This document shows positions 36,001 to 49,179 of a DNA stretch of 64,000 nt, piece after piece. Under the pieces are notes generated by a model, which was not told the DNA's origin, made no database searches, and was given only the letters and a program-made list of their open reading frames with translations. A program made the translations under genes and the position numbers. Positions within the stretch are counted from its first letter, which is position 1, and every line of letters starts with the position of its first letter. The stretch is from Azolla caroliniana (lineage: Eukaryota; Plantae; Polypodiophyta). The DNA lies in contig JBHGNT010000015.1 of NCBI GenBank assembly GCA_043228905.1, forward strand, positions 620,001 through 684,000, given 5' to 3'.

Positions 36001-38890
36001 TTGCGCGGGGAGAGCACGACAGAGTCTCCACTACTCGTTGGTTCCTCATCGGACTGGTCAGATTGACTCAGTCTCTTGTTCAGCCCGCTCAACCGAAACG
36101 ATTCCGGACTCTCATCCTGAGTCCACGCTTCATCATCATCTACATGGGCCGGTTCAGGCTCACTAGCCTCATCCTCTGGCATCGGGTCGGATTCGGAAGT
36201 CGGAGCCTCTAAGGAGTACCACGATGCCGATTTATCGAACTCGACATCTCGACTAATTCAGACCTTCTTTGTCCGGGGGTTATAACACTTATAACCCTTT
36301 TGATCTTGAGCATAGCCGACTAGGATGCATTTTTCCGATTTTGCATCCAGCTTCCTCCGCTTCTCATCCGGTACATGCACATATGCAATGCTACCGAAGA
36401 TCTTAAGGTGTCTCAAATTCGGCTTTCTCCTGAAATACAGCTCGTGAGCTGACACCTTGTCACCAATCCGGTTCTGGATGTAGACAATCGTTCGGACTAC
36501 CTCCGCCTAGTAGAATTTGGGCATGCTTTTCTCCTCTAGCATTGCCCTTGCCGCATCAATAAGCGATCGATTCTTCCTTTCGGCAACACCGTTCTGCTGC
36601 GATGTGTATCTACAACTGAACTCTCGCCGAATTCCCTTTTGCTGCAGATAATTGTTGAATTGGCCGAAAAAGTATTCTTTTCCGCCATCCGACCGTAGGC
36701 ATTTGATCTTCTTCTCCGATTCCCGTTCCACCATGCTTTGGAGACTCCGGAAACACTCGAAGACTTCACTCTTCCGCTCAATGAGGTAGATCCATGTGTA
36801 CCGCGTATAGTCGTCGATGAAGGAGACGAAATATTGACTCCCGCCAAGACTAACATTCTGTGTCGGTCCCCACACAACCGAATGGATAAGGTCGAGCTTG
36901 TTACGGCTCCGGTTACGTTCGATAGGGAATGGAAGCCGGTGTTGCTTCCCGAGTTGGCAAGCTTCACATACTTGGGCCTTCCGGCCACTGAACTTCGGCA
37001 AACCGAAAACACCTTGTTTCGTTTGCAGGTCTTGAAGCCTCTGGTAATTGACGTGGCCTATCCGAATTTGTCCGAATCGGCGCGTTTTCTCCAGCACTCG
37101 CTTTCTCTGTGGCCCTTTTTGCCACAATACCAGCATTCCGTTGCAGTCTTCTCTTGCCGTCTTCCGATGCCGCCATGACTCCCCTTGCTCCTGGAGGGTC
37201 CGGAATTGCTGTCGGCACGTTCTCTGTGCCTTTGTTCCTGGTCTTGCCGACCCGCCTCGTCCACCACGCCCCACGGGATCGATCCGCTTCTGTGTACAAC
37301 ATCCGGTTGTCAATGGGTGCGCTAGTTGACGCACCAGCGTGGTTCTCCTCTACAAGGAGCATCGACTGTAAGTCGAAAAATAACGGCGTATTCTCCCTTG
37401 TACATACCGCCGTTTGGAACGCTCTAAACTTAGACGCCAGGCCCCCAAGACAGACCTGTACCATCTCGTCTTCCTCTATGGTAACTGTTACCCCGTACGA
37501 GATGTACGGAGAGTCAGTGTGATGAGCGAGGGTTGAATGTTATCATGATGTTGTTGTGTATATGTAGGGGACATAAATGTAATTGTGAGTCTATACGTAT
37601 GTGAACACATGCACACGTGTGTGCATGTGGATGGATACGAGGAGGTGTGAGTGAGTGTCCAGTATGAATGCTCGAGGGGGCTTATACCCCTATGTATCTA
37701 CCCCCTCTTGTACTATTTAACCCCCTTATGGGGAATGAATGAAGGATGAATGAACATTTTCTCTCTAATCTCTCTCTCTTTGACACCTTTTCTCTTCTCT
37801 CTCCCTCTCCCATGTTGAACCCCCTTGGGAGGGGGGTGGAGCCATTCTAGGCACCACCCCCCATCCCGCAATGCTTCTCAATGCACGTGATCTCTCTTGC
37901 CATCAATCCATACTCTCCATCATCATCATAACCACCATGTCTATCTTTATCATGATTATCATCGTCCTTAACCCTAACCCTAAAACTTATAACAGTAACG
38001 TTGATAAAGGCAAGCGAGTCACAGATCTCTTTGATCCGAGCCGTGTAATCCGCCACTAACATGTCCTTCTGTCAGACATTGCTCAACTCTTGTCACAGTT
38101 GCAGCTTCCGGGGTGTAGTGCTCGCGGCGAAAACCTTCTTCAAGTTTCTCCAAGCCTCCTTCGGCGTCTTGGCATCTCGGATGTGGCTCAGCAGCTGGTC
38201 TCCGACACTGGACGTGAAGCAGTACATCACTCTACTTGCCGATTGTTCCCACACTAGGAAATCCTTATGTGTCACATCAAGTGTTGTTTCGTAGGCTCCT
38301 TCGACGAAACTCAAGTAGCCATGCCCAAGCAAGTACTGGTGCATCTTGTACGACCAAGATGCGTAGTTGGATCTGTCGAGTTTCTCCACAGGGAGCGAGC
38401 TAGCCATTCCTCTGTCCATCACTTCTTTGTCTACTGTTCTTACGACCTGTTAGGGTTTTCTTTCAAGCGTTTGTCGGTTGCAAAGGTTCTCAACCCTCTC
38501 GCTCTGATACCATGTAAACGATTACTTGCGGAACAAAGAAACCAAAGAATACACAGAGTACACGGGAGAGACAGAGAGAGCAAAACGTAAAAGCTATATT
38601 CAAAACAATATAAACACTCTATTCTTACAACTATGCTCAGTAGCACTATTTATGCAAGTCCTCTTGGGACTGACAAAAGTACCACGTACTTCAATGCTCA
38701 CATGAGCATCTGTCACTTACTACAAGACTATAACTACCTAGTAGTCTAAACTAATACTAGGCTTCCGATTATCGATTGGATCCGGCTAACCGGCTCCCCA
38801 ACTCACCGGCTCTGTTGCTTGTCGACTCGGTTGCTCACCGGCTCAGGCTTATCCAGCCGATCCGGCTCCAGTTGAGCTTGCCGCTCAACA
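33058..38890 (-). mobile_element. Ty1/copia element (C), non-autonomous, nested in B
   Basis: LTRs 38513-38890 (5') and 33058-33445 (3'), TSD ctagc/ctagg, PBS tggtatcagagc at 38512-38501, PPT cttgagggggag at 33457-33446. Gag, zinc knuckle, integrase, RT and RNase H motifs are present. The protease region and part of RT are deleted. Confidence 0.93.
37486..37994. mobile_element. Solo LTR inserted in the gag of element C
   Basis: TGTTA...TAACA termini with perfect TSD GTAAC. Confidence 0.88.
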
Positions 38891-39673
38891 CTAGGTAAAG
38901 ACGGGTACAAGACGATGCTTAGTGAATCGTCATGGTTGTTCACCAAAGGAAATCTCAAAATTGGCCATGGCGGAAAGTACAATAATTTGTACCCGCTAAC
39001 AGTGATCAGTCCGAAGGGATCACTACACGTAGCCGAAATGTCAACTGCAACATTATGGCATGGCCGACTCGGTCATATGTCTCAAGCTGGATTGGATCGG
39101 CTATCAACAATCAACTACATACCAAAGCTCCATCATGCCGAAATGGACTTCTGCAAGCATTGTTAGTATGGGAAACATACACGAAGTCCACACTCAATCC
39201 ATTATGAAACAGTACAACATCCCCTAGAACTGGTTCACAATAATATTTGCAGGTCGATGCCGCAAAGATCATTAAGAAGCTCCTGGTACCTCATCACCTT
39301 CGTAGATGACTGCACCCAGAAAGTTTGGGCTCATTCAATTAAGTCCAAAGACAAAGCGCTTGAAGTTTTCACTCGGTGGTTAGTCGAAGTCGAAAACAAA
39401 TCAGGCCATAAAGTGAAGACGCTAAGGTCGGATGGAGGAGAATACAACTCCAAAGCCAATTCGAAAAGTACTTGTCTGAGAGAGGAATCCGGTATCAGAA
39501 GACCGTTCCGGGCTGCAGAACGATGTAGCCAAACGAATGAACCAAACCATCCAGGAGAGAGTGACGGCAATGCTCCAGCAGGCCGGACTAAAGCTAATGT
39601 TTGTGGCCAAGGCATTGCAGATGGCAGTATACCTGATCAATCTGTCACCGACAAAAGCAATACGGCTCAGAGT

Positions 39674-39993
39674 TGTTAGGAAATAGGTCCCTCTGGATGG
39701 GATGAGCATGAGGCGGATTCGAGTTCGAAGTCCGAGAACATGATCGAATGGGTCCAAAAGAGATAGAGAGTCGAGACCGAACCCGGGCCGGCCGAAAGGC
39801 ATCCAGGCGGATCCGGATAGGTATCCGGAAGTGAACATATTTGTAAATATGTTTTTTCGGTTCGCCTAAGATAGGCCATATTCGTAAATAGCCCACAATG
39901 TGTATTAGTATAAATACACCTAGGGCAAATCACTATCATGAAGATGGATGCATGTATAATTGTTGTTGGTTGTTGCATTTGTAACTGAGAGAG

Positions 39994-40037
<44 letters not shown>

Positions 40038-40350
40038 TGAGTGAGTGAGTGAGTGAGTGAGTGAGAGTGACTCCTCTGTAACCATTGGTCTAACGAAGAA
40101 GAACTCAAGGTTGTTGCCATGCAGTTTCTTGTTGTATTCACTTCTCCCATAGTGATATAGTTTGGAGTTGGTTAACTCCCATGGTTTTTCCCTTTCCGAG
40201 TTTTCCACGTAAAAATCTTGTGTCTTTGTACTTTGTTTTCGTCTTCTACTGTTTCTATCTTCTTGATTTCTGCACCCCTCATTTGTATACGTCATAACCG
40301 TCCAAACAATTAGGATGTCTAAACCAGCCAAGGCACCCACTAACTTGTCA
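39674..40350 (+). mobile_element. Solo LTR related to the element A LTR family
   Basis: Shares aggtccctctggatggg, atattcgtaaata, attagtataaata, ttttccacgtaaa and the tgtca end with the A LTRs. Contains (GT)n/(GTGA)n. No direct TSD. Confidence 0.78.
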
Positions 40351-41050
40351 ACTCTCGAGGAAGAGGGTGATCCGACACCAAGGCATGATGATTGCAGTAG
40401 CAGATCCCCACCATGATCTCCTTCACATAAAGGTTCACAACATGCCAATCAGACATCCAAGCCGATATGAAGAATCCGAACCAAATAAATCGGCACCAAG
40501 GAGATCCAGACGAATCTGAAGGCTAACAGAGTTTTATACACCTAGCTTGGACTACGTCAACTATATGAATGCAGGTGAACCAAGCTCCTACAAGGAAGGA
40601 ATAGTCGCGTCGGACACCGACACATGGGTACAAGCCATGAGGTCCGAAATGGACTCGATAAAAGAGAATGATACATGGGAGCTAGTCAAGCTACCAACCG
40701 GAAGGAAGTTGTTGTCCTACAAATGGGTCTTTAGGTACAAATATGTATCTGGTTGGGAAAAGCCTAAATATAAAGCTTGGCTTGTCGCGAAAGGGTTCAA
40801 ACAAGAACAATGCATCGACTGCACTTAGATATTTTCTCCGATAGTCAAAATAACGACCCTTCAGCTTCTACTTAGAGTCGTGGCGTCAGAAGACCTTGAG
40901 CTAGAGTAGCTAGACATAAAGACAACGTTCCTCCACAGAGATCTGGAAGAGGACATATACATGTCCCAGCCAGTAGGCTTTACGACGACAGGGGAGGAAG
41001 GTCACCTCATGTACCGACTAAAGAAAAGCCTTTACAACTTAAAATAAGCG

Positions 41051-41526
41051 TGTTGGCCTGTCAGGTATGAAAAGCCAAGGATGCTTACAAGTCGGGTCGA
41101 AGACAGGTGGGGCCAGACAAGGAGAAGAAACGTATGTAAACATAATTAGTGGAAGTAGTAACGGTTCACATTTAGACATAACCGCCCAAGCTCCCTATGA
41201 AAAGGGACATGGAAAGATGTAAAAAGTAATCGGTTGTATCAATGTATTAAGTTCACGTCTCTTAATAGGATATCTGTGTTACTTATACTCTAATCCTGTG
41301 TCGAGAGTTTTAATTTCTATTGAGCTTTTGTAATATGTTTCTATGTGTTGCACACCACCAATCGGTTGTAGACGACTCAACTCCCAATCTCCACAGTCAT
41401 TGCAACCTGATTCATAGAATACATAGTTCTCTGCACTTGTCCACGTCTCGTCTCCCTACCACAAGACTTTGAGTCGGATACCAAGGGAATGAGTATCCAA
41501 CATCGTGTTACCCTAAGTCGGTAACA
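41051..41526. mobile_element. Solo LTR inserted in the RT of element B
   Basis: TGTT...AACA termini with perfect TSD AAGCG. It interrupts the degenerate LKQAPR-like motif just before MWYQKFD. Confidence 0.88.
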
Positions 41527-44164
41527 AAGCGCTGAGGATGTGGTATCAGAAATTTGATTCCTACATCCGGCAGCTTGGCTACAGCTGGTCGAACTCCGAC
41601 CCATGTATGTATATATGGCAATTGGCCAATGAGACTTCCCAGATCTACCTGATCCTTTACGTCGATGACATGCTAATTGCCAACAATGATAATGCAGAAA
41701 TTTGGAAGCTGAAGCTAAACTTTCACGAAAAATTCTCAATGAAGGAACTTGGAGAAGCCCAACATATACTAGACATGCAGATAGAGCGAAATTGGACAAA
41801 GAAGACCCTCTAGTTCTCCCAATCCGACTACATCTTAAAGGTGTTGAAGCGCTTCAACATGGAGTATGTGAAGCCGACACTAACACTGCTTCCCACTATC
41901 GGAGAATGACTCTCCATCTCCATCTACAAAGGAGGAGAAATTGCTCATGAACCGAATACCCTATGCATCGAGTCTCATGTACGCGATGGTGGCAACCCGA
42001 ACAGACCTTGCTTACACCGTAGGGGTCACCAGACGCCACATGTCAAATCTTGGACGGAAGCACTAGGAAGTTGTAAAGAACATATTCCGGTACTTTTGCG
42101 ACACTAACAAGAAGCTCGACGTCCGGAAAGTGGATACTGAGGTGAACATCACCGACAACCTGACAAAGCCACTCCTAGATCAATGCTTCAACACACTAAA
42201 AGGACAAATGGGACTACAACAAGCAGACGATCGAAACAAAGCCGAATCCATAGGAGCAGCAGGTAAGTTGAAAATCAACACAACTAGACAAGCTGAAATG
42301 GCACAATCAAACGAGTTGAATTGCCGAAATGCTGAAGACATAGCTAAACTCGAGGAAAACGAAAAGAAGGAGGACAATCGAAGGGCAAGAGGAGTCGAAA
42401 GCCGATCACCAATTCGACAGCAAGCACAGGGACCAACAGACGCAAGCAGCCAATGACCTAGAGGCCAAAAGTCGAACTGGCAATTAGTTGATCGGCTACA
42501 ACCGACTTTACCTCTGTCGATTCGGCTATTAGTTGATCGGCTTGTAACATACAAACTGTAGTTTAAATTTAAAATTTAATTTAAGCTTACGGGGGAGATA
42601 ACCCTATCACATTGTATGTAAATGTGAGTAGTCCTTTTATAGGGGAGTTTGTTGGGATTAAAGTCCCACTCTACCCATATTGCCACATTGTATGTAAACT
42701 AGAGTAGTCCTTTTACAGGGGAGTTTGTTGGGATAAAAGTCACAGTTAACCGAACTATAAAAGTAAGAAACTGACTCCTATCCTATAAATTAGTTCAATG
42801 GGTAACATAAGATTAGTCTCTTGAGTAGAAACTGTGTACATGTCTTCTCGTTCTTTTCTCTCTGCATATTCTATGTTGGATAGTGCACATGCATTCTCTT
42901 CTTGCCACCTTGTCGTTTGCCTGATTCATCAACTGATCTTATTTGCTTCCCTACCTCAATCGGCTCACCAACACTACAAGCCAACTAAGACAACACCATA
43001 GTCTTCTTCATCATGGAGTAATAAGGAACACTTAGATGCTTGTCATTCAAAGAAATGAAGAGGATTGCTTGGTACTATATCCTCAATTCATCCATCTTTC
43101 CTCCATTTCTAAATATTCCTCAAGGGCATCTAAGGAAAGAAGGAACGAATCATTCGCGCTTTTCAATAAATAAAGAAAAAACTGTGGTGTATCAAAAAAA
43201 TTATTCCTTGGGTCATAGTGTGGTAGATAGACTAACATTGTGTTTTGCATTATTTCTTATCACTTAGACCCACACAAATAAATCTTATCTCGCTCACATC
43301 AAGGAACTTTGTCAAGTAATCATCAAGCCTCAAAGGGAGTCCGCACCTTTTTGTATACACAAGTATTGTACATGAGGATAACAGAGGGGCATACGAAATA
43401 TTGGTTTATCAAAGGCATACAAAATAAAGGCTTGTGCTTTCATCAAGAATGTATTGTTAGATCACTATTGTACCTTTATTGTCCAACAATAATATTGATT
43501 TTGGTACTAAATATGCGAGTTTACGAGCAAGAGAAGATGAGGGCACAAGAGGAAATGCTAGTGAGTTTAAACCTTTGTGGGCACACTAGTGTGGAAAAGT
43601 TCAAACTGTGTAAAAAACCATAAAGGTCATATATGTGCCTTTTTGGTGCCACTTGCTCGTTCTTGAGATTTAGGCCAACACTTTTCTTTCTCTCTTTTGT
43701 TTTTCTCATAGCCTTTGTTGGTAATTTGGTAAACTACTAATCCTGAGCCTTAGGTTCAAAGCTTGACTATCACACATTCTGTAATACATGTTACATGCTT
43801 TTCTTAATTTACTAGATGCCACAATGGAATGTAGGGGTTGAATGCATGATTTTCTTGTCTTCACCAAACAACCTTACTGAAAAGGAAGAGTTTCTGTAAT
43901 CATTATATACAAGTTTTAGTAGCTCATGAGTGCTTCATGATCACTCTTGCCCATTTCGCCAATAGAAGAGTAAACCACAATTTGACCTTGACACAACCTT
44001 GTGAAGGAGATTTACTCCTACTAAGAGAAAGATGTGTGGTCAGTGTGATCTCAAAAGTGACACGCATACACGAATATAAATGTAAGCAATGCAAATGGAA
44101 CATGGTGCACAAGGTGTTGGTTGGCTTCGGAAGTTTGAACTTTTGCATGTCCTAAACAAATCTC

Positions 44165-44536
44165 CACCTAGCATTTCTTGTCTTGCATGAGTCGCATGAT
44201 ATTTGTACCTTAAGACATGATGAGCACACTCCATCAATTATACACATTTCCAAGCAATAGAAGATTGTGACACGATGTGAATGAGGAAGCAAATAGATTG
44301 TCACTATCAATATCTACAAGTCTAATAAGTATCATTAATGCGTCTTCATAATGTCTCACCTACCATGTCTTTCTTGCATTGCATGAGTTGCATGCCATTT
44401 TTACCATAAGGCATGATGATAATACTCCCATCAAATATACAAATTTCCAACGAAGATGACATTGTGTGCAAATGAGGAAGTAAATAGATCGCCATGATCA
44501 AACGTTTACAAGTCTAATGAGTACCTTTAATGTGTC
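44165..44536. repeat. Diverged two-copy tandem repeat, unit about 190 bp
   Basis: cacct..cat...ttgcatgagt.gcatg...aatgaggaag.aaatagat...tacaagtctaat.agta occurs twice. Confidence 0.75.
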
Positions 44537-45710
44537 AAGAAATATGAATCTCTACATGTATTTTTTGAGTTGATGATGGCAATAGTATTGTCCACGAATG
44601 CCAATGAATAACATATTTGATAAAAAAATGGTATTGTTCACTGAAAACGACTGTATGCATGTCTAGAAACATCCATAACAACGAGACTTTGAGATGCAAA
44701 CTAACTACAAGTTTATGCATATACATAGGGTATAGCCCCCAAATGCATCTAACACAAACTTGTATTAAGATAATGTATAAATGGGAATCAGCATTTTCAT
44801 ACCTTTTCAACAAGACTACATTAGATAATGTCACAACTCCAACATTGGTCATGCTTGCAATGTAGCATTTACTCAATACATTGCTCTTTACAAAACCTAA
44901 AATGGGCTATGCCAATCAAAGGGAATAATCTAGGCTAACAACTTGCTACATAAATGCATGTATCTTCATTCACTTCCAACTCACGTAGGTGTTATTTAAC
45001 TGGAGTTCACATTTGCAATTTGGGAATTTCAATATCTTGCATCTAATTAAAAACCAAGACTAACAAGTAATCAAAGAGAAAGGTGGCACAGCATATTGCT
45101 TCACTTGTACACAAAATATTGTATAGTAATTGAGCCCAATTTATTTACAACTGCCCTAGGAAAAGGGATATAGAGTATCTTCACAACCTGTATTAATTGT
45201 TCACATGCATCTAGTGTAATTTTGCACTACACCCAGGAAGGCGATGAATTCCGTCAAACGAAGTCGGATCGAAGCGAGTGGGATGTGATTTAACCCAAAG
45301 AATAGTGAAACAAGAGCCAATTCATTTTTCGCCAAAATTTATGAACAAGAGGGTGAGAGCACAAGTAATATGTACTATATACAACATCTAAGTTCTGCCA
45401 ATACCGATATAGCTCATTGCTCAAATATAGTATGCTTACAACCTGGCATATCACAAGGAAAAGATAGGATCCCATTTCAGTAAGAATGCTTCAACCACTG
45501 AACATGAATTTCACCCATAAGATTGTTTCAATGAGCATGTATGTAAAATCAAATGAATAGGACACCAAATATAAAATTCAACCACAAAGTGAAAAGGTAA
45601 ATATCCTAGAGGTAACTATGAGCCACACATGCAGGTCAAGAGTCCCACTCAACCCCCACCCACAAGCAACATTTTCTTTTTGTAAAAAACAAGGAAATAA
45701 ATTTACCTTT

Positions 45711-48700
45711 CTATGCATCATCCTGCAGATGATGGTGAATTTCATTCTGGCTATCCAATGGCATATACTGTGCCATGATAGCTCGAATTTCAGAATCCAT
45801 GTAAGCCTGTATACGATCATAACACATAATTAGTTAACAATTAAAGACCTTGGCTACTCACATAGCGGGCATTAGCGGGCATTATCGGCAGTATACTACA
45901 ATACATACCCGCAGCCTGTATTTGTAGATGATATAAGAACCAGCTGCAACAATCGCAACACTCAAGAGGACCACAGCTGAGATCACCCACCCAGCTCTGG
46001 AGGTCGTCGTCTTACCTATAATAAAACCATGACATCATGTGAGCATGAAGAGTATGTTTAACATTTGAAATCTGAAGAAAGATCTAATGTTAAGCTTTCA
46101 TGTAAATCTGATTCCATGTAAATGATGTTTGGCATAGGCTATATCTTAAATCGGATATGAGTACAACCTATGCATATGATAATTATAGGGTTACTGCATG
46201 TTGCTTATACATAGAAACGAGAATTACTTACTTATACATGTGTCATGCTCCCTCATATAGAGAAGATTCCCTTGACATTCACATTCATAACTGCCCCAAG
46301 TGTTCTTACAAGAACACTCCGGACATTGGCAAGCTGTCCTCTCTTTGCATTCATCGATATCTAGTGACAGTGCAAACCATCAGCCTATGAATTATCAAAG
46401 TTTAAAAGGAAATTTGATTGAAAATCTAATACCTTCACATTTGTTAACACCATCCCCTCTGAAACCAAGAGGGCACTCACATCCTTCCATTTTTACATCC
46501 TTCCAAATACAAATAAATCAAAATTATAAGTACAAGTATCAACAAGAAAAGCATTACAAACATTTGACATCATGAAACTTACAGAGCATGCAGAGAAAGA
46601 CTTGCCATCTTTCGTCTCCTCCCAGCATCCTCCATTATCAATTTTACAGCGACCTTGGCCACTTGCTGAAAGTAGAGAAACAAAATGAAGGGTTTGACAA
46701 TAGAATGTTCATATTATAAATTCTACCAGCATATGCATCTGGATGCAAGATGTTTAGTTCTTCTCATGCCAGACTTTCTAAGCAGACGACTACAAACAGT
46801 ACACGGGCTCTTGGTTAACACATCATTTTTCTTATCAAAGTTATTACAAAACTAGGCATTAATGTCTATGGATAGTCTCAGTTGGAGGGGGGTATTAGGG
46901 TTTAGGCATTAATGTCCATGGATAGTCTCAGTTGCCTCTAGCTCATGATTTTAATCCAAGTCCATATCCCCTTCAGTGCATTTTGTAGTTTATCATGCAG
47001 ATTTTCCAATTCTGCAATCTTGTACATATTGTTTCAATATTAGCCATGAATCAGCCAAAACATTACCATCACATGACGTATAACCATCTCCCTGAAACTG
47101 TACACCATTAACCAATGGACATTCACACACCCTCCCCCGAAAAGTGTCCTGCAAAAAGAGAGTTGTTTTTACTTAAGGCACTTATTATCACACCGATTAT
47201 ATTCTTCGATTTCTCTAACACTGCAGAAGACATGAGAAGAAATGTGGCCAAACACCCACTAAATACCTTGCACGCGGTTATGTTTGCTTTTAGGTTCTGC
47301 CAACAGCCACCATTGTTAGTCAAGCATTCGTTAGTCTCCATGTCTTCAGTGCATTGAAACAAAATGAACATCAGTAGATGTTTTTGAGGACGATGTAAAA
47401 ACTGTGAGGAACCAGGAAGTATGATTTTACCTGGACTAAGGCAGACAGCCGGCTCTGTTTTCTCCTGAAACCCTGCACATATCGCCTTCAAAACTGCCCC
47501 CTTTTCTAGTTTTCCTGTATCCACATTACAAGATGAAGCCACATTCTAGTGGGTTTTTCGGTCTTAAAATAGATATATACGCATACCTCTATATTGTATA
47601 TTATTTACAATCAAAGTAGGCAACATGGTAACGTCACCACGAGAACCACGTCCAATCTGAGTCATAATAATGTAAGCAAAAACAAGAATAAATTGTTTGT
47701 CTGGGTGTTAAGAATTTCATAAAAAAACAATATAAATATTATATATAATCTGTAAGAAAAATACTTGTGCATCTTGTTCTCCGGTCAAAATAGCATTCTC
47801 CGTGTCTGCCTCCGGGTCACCCATACATTCACGTACCTTTCCAACATCTAGCCCTACACAATGACAAATGCAAGAATGGTTAGTTTTCAGCATGTAGACA
47901 GTTGCCTCCTTGGAACGGATTCATAGTTTCAGCTTTGAGAAAAGCACCTAGAGAAGTGAGTACTTTCTCGGCACACTCCTGATTATATTTCTTCTCTGAC
48001 ATCGGGCATCGGATCTGAAAATCAGTGACATAATCCCACCATACCCAAGGCCTGTTGGACAATTCATTTGCCACTTTATAGACACAAAGTTGCCGCAAAT
48101 TTTCTGTGACAACATCTTTTCCATCATAACCTCTTTCAAAATCTTGCTCTGGATCAGGTGCACAATATCGCCCCTTGTTAATGCATTGGGATTTACATTG
48201 CCGGCTTGAAATAAATGTTTCAGGGCAATACCAAGTAATGTAATGTGGGGTGAAGAGTGTGTAACCACCCTTTTCGAGGATCTGTGCTGGTCCTTTAAAG
48301 TTTTTCACAAACTCTATCTGAGAGTCGCATTTAGGACCACACTCATCGTTGCTATTGGTCCACAGTTCATACTCTACTCGATCATCGGGATGGGGCACAG
48401 ATTCTCTCCAATCTAACTTGCAACGTACCATTTCACCATTCCTATATGCTTTCTTAAGTTTCTCGCCGAAGCTCTGCTCTATTAATGCAGAAGGTATGGT
48501 GATCTTTTCGAGATACTCTTCAGCAGACTTGTCCTCAGTAGGGGAGTCCATTGTGATCAATGGCTCATCTCTATCATCAGCTACAAGAACAGCGGCTGCA
48601 CCAGCATTTTGCGCATGCCAAACTTTAAGGGCAAAGTAGCAATCTGCAATCCAAACGATATGTATGCTTTACAAAATAGCCAACAAAAGGCTCCCAAAAT

Positions 48701-49179
48701 CAACTTAAGATGCACTATATGTCCAGAAACTCATCAAAATGGATCTTTGAATGGTCCCAACATTACTTAACACGAGCATTATGTCCAGAAACTCAACAAA
48801 ATAGAGCATGACAAGCTCCCAAAAGCACTTACAGTGCACACTATGACTAGGAATTCATTGACATTGAGAATGGTTTACCTCCTCTGTCCACCACCACAAT
48901 GACCGGTAAACCACCTGGGCGTGACCGAAATTTGTCTTTGGATCCAAAATCTTCACAGGCCCTAGAATTCTCTGTCGCATAAACTATTGTCCCAGCCAAG
49001 GTTCCACCATACTGGGGCACTCCAAAATTTCCAATGGCACTATCATAGGTGCCCTTAAGATAGTCAGGGGAGGCTACGGTGATACTGTTCGTTTCAACTA
49101 CAAATCGTCCGGAAACAAGAGGAAACCGAATGAATAGGCAAACGAATAAAGCACCCAAGCCCAAGATGTATGGCTCCAT
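45711..49179 (-). CDS. VSR: Vacuolar sorting receptor (BP-80 family)
   Basis: Signal peptide then [19 protein letters not shown] domain, [29 protein letters not shown] repeats, TM segment and cytosolic [18 protein letters not shown]. About 12 exons. A 5'UTR exon with a donor near 50075 is likely. Confidence 0.95.

Larger units (their letters stand above)
30996..43013 (+). mobile_element. Old Ty1/copia element (B) hosting five nested insertions
   Basis: Diverged LTRs 30996-31290 and 42650-43013 (tgttgg...cttcatca), TSD TGGAG on both sides, PBS tggtatcaaag at 31293. Gag start about 31378, protease about 32825, integrase 38900-39670, RT 40550-42100. Confidence 0.88.

Noticed and set aside
43020-44160. 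Probable decayed retroelement sequence
   Set aside because: Too degenerate to assign family or boundaries.
45225-45310. CACTA-starting CG-rich patch downstream of VSR
   Set aside because: No matching terminal inverted repeat or TSD found.
48710-48850. Short tandem duplications (also 3783-3940, 24288-24410, 46853-46935, 58925-59010)
   Set aside because: Ordinary slippage-type duplications with no sign of function.
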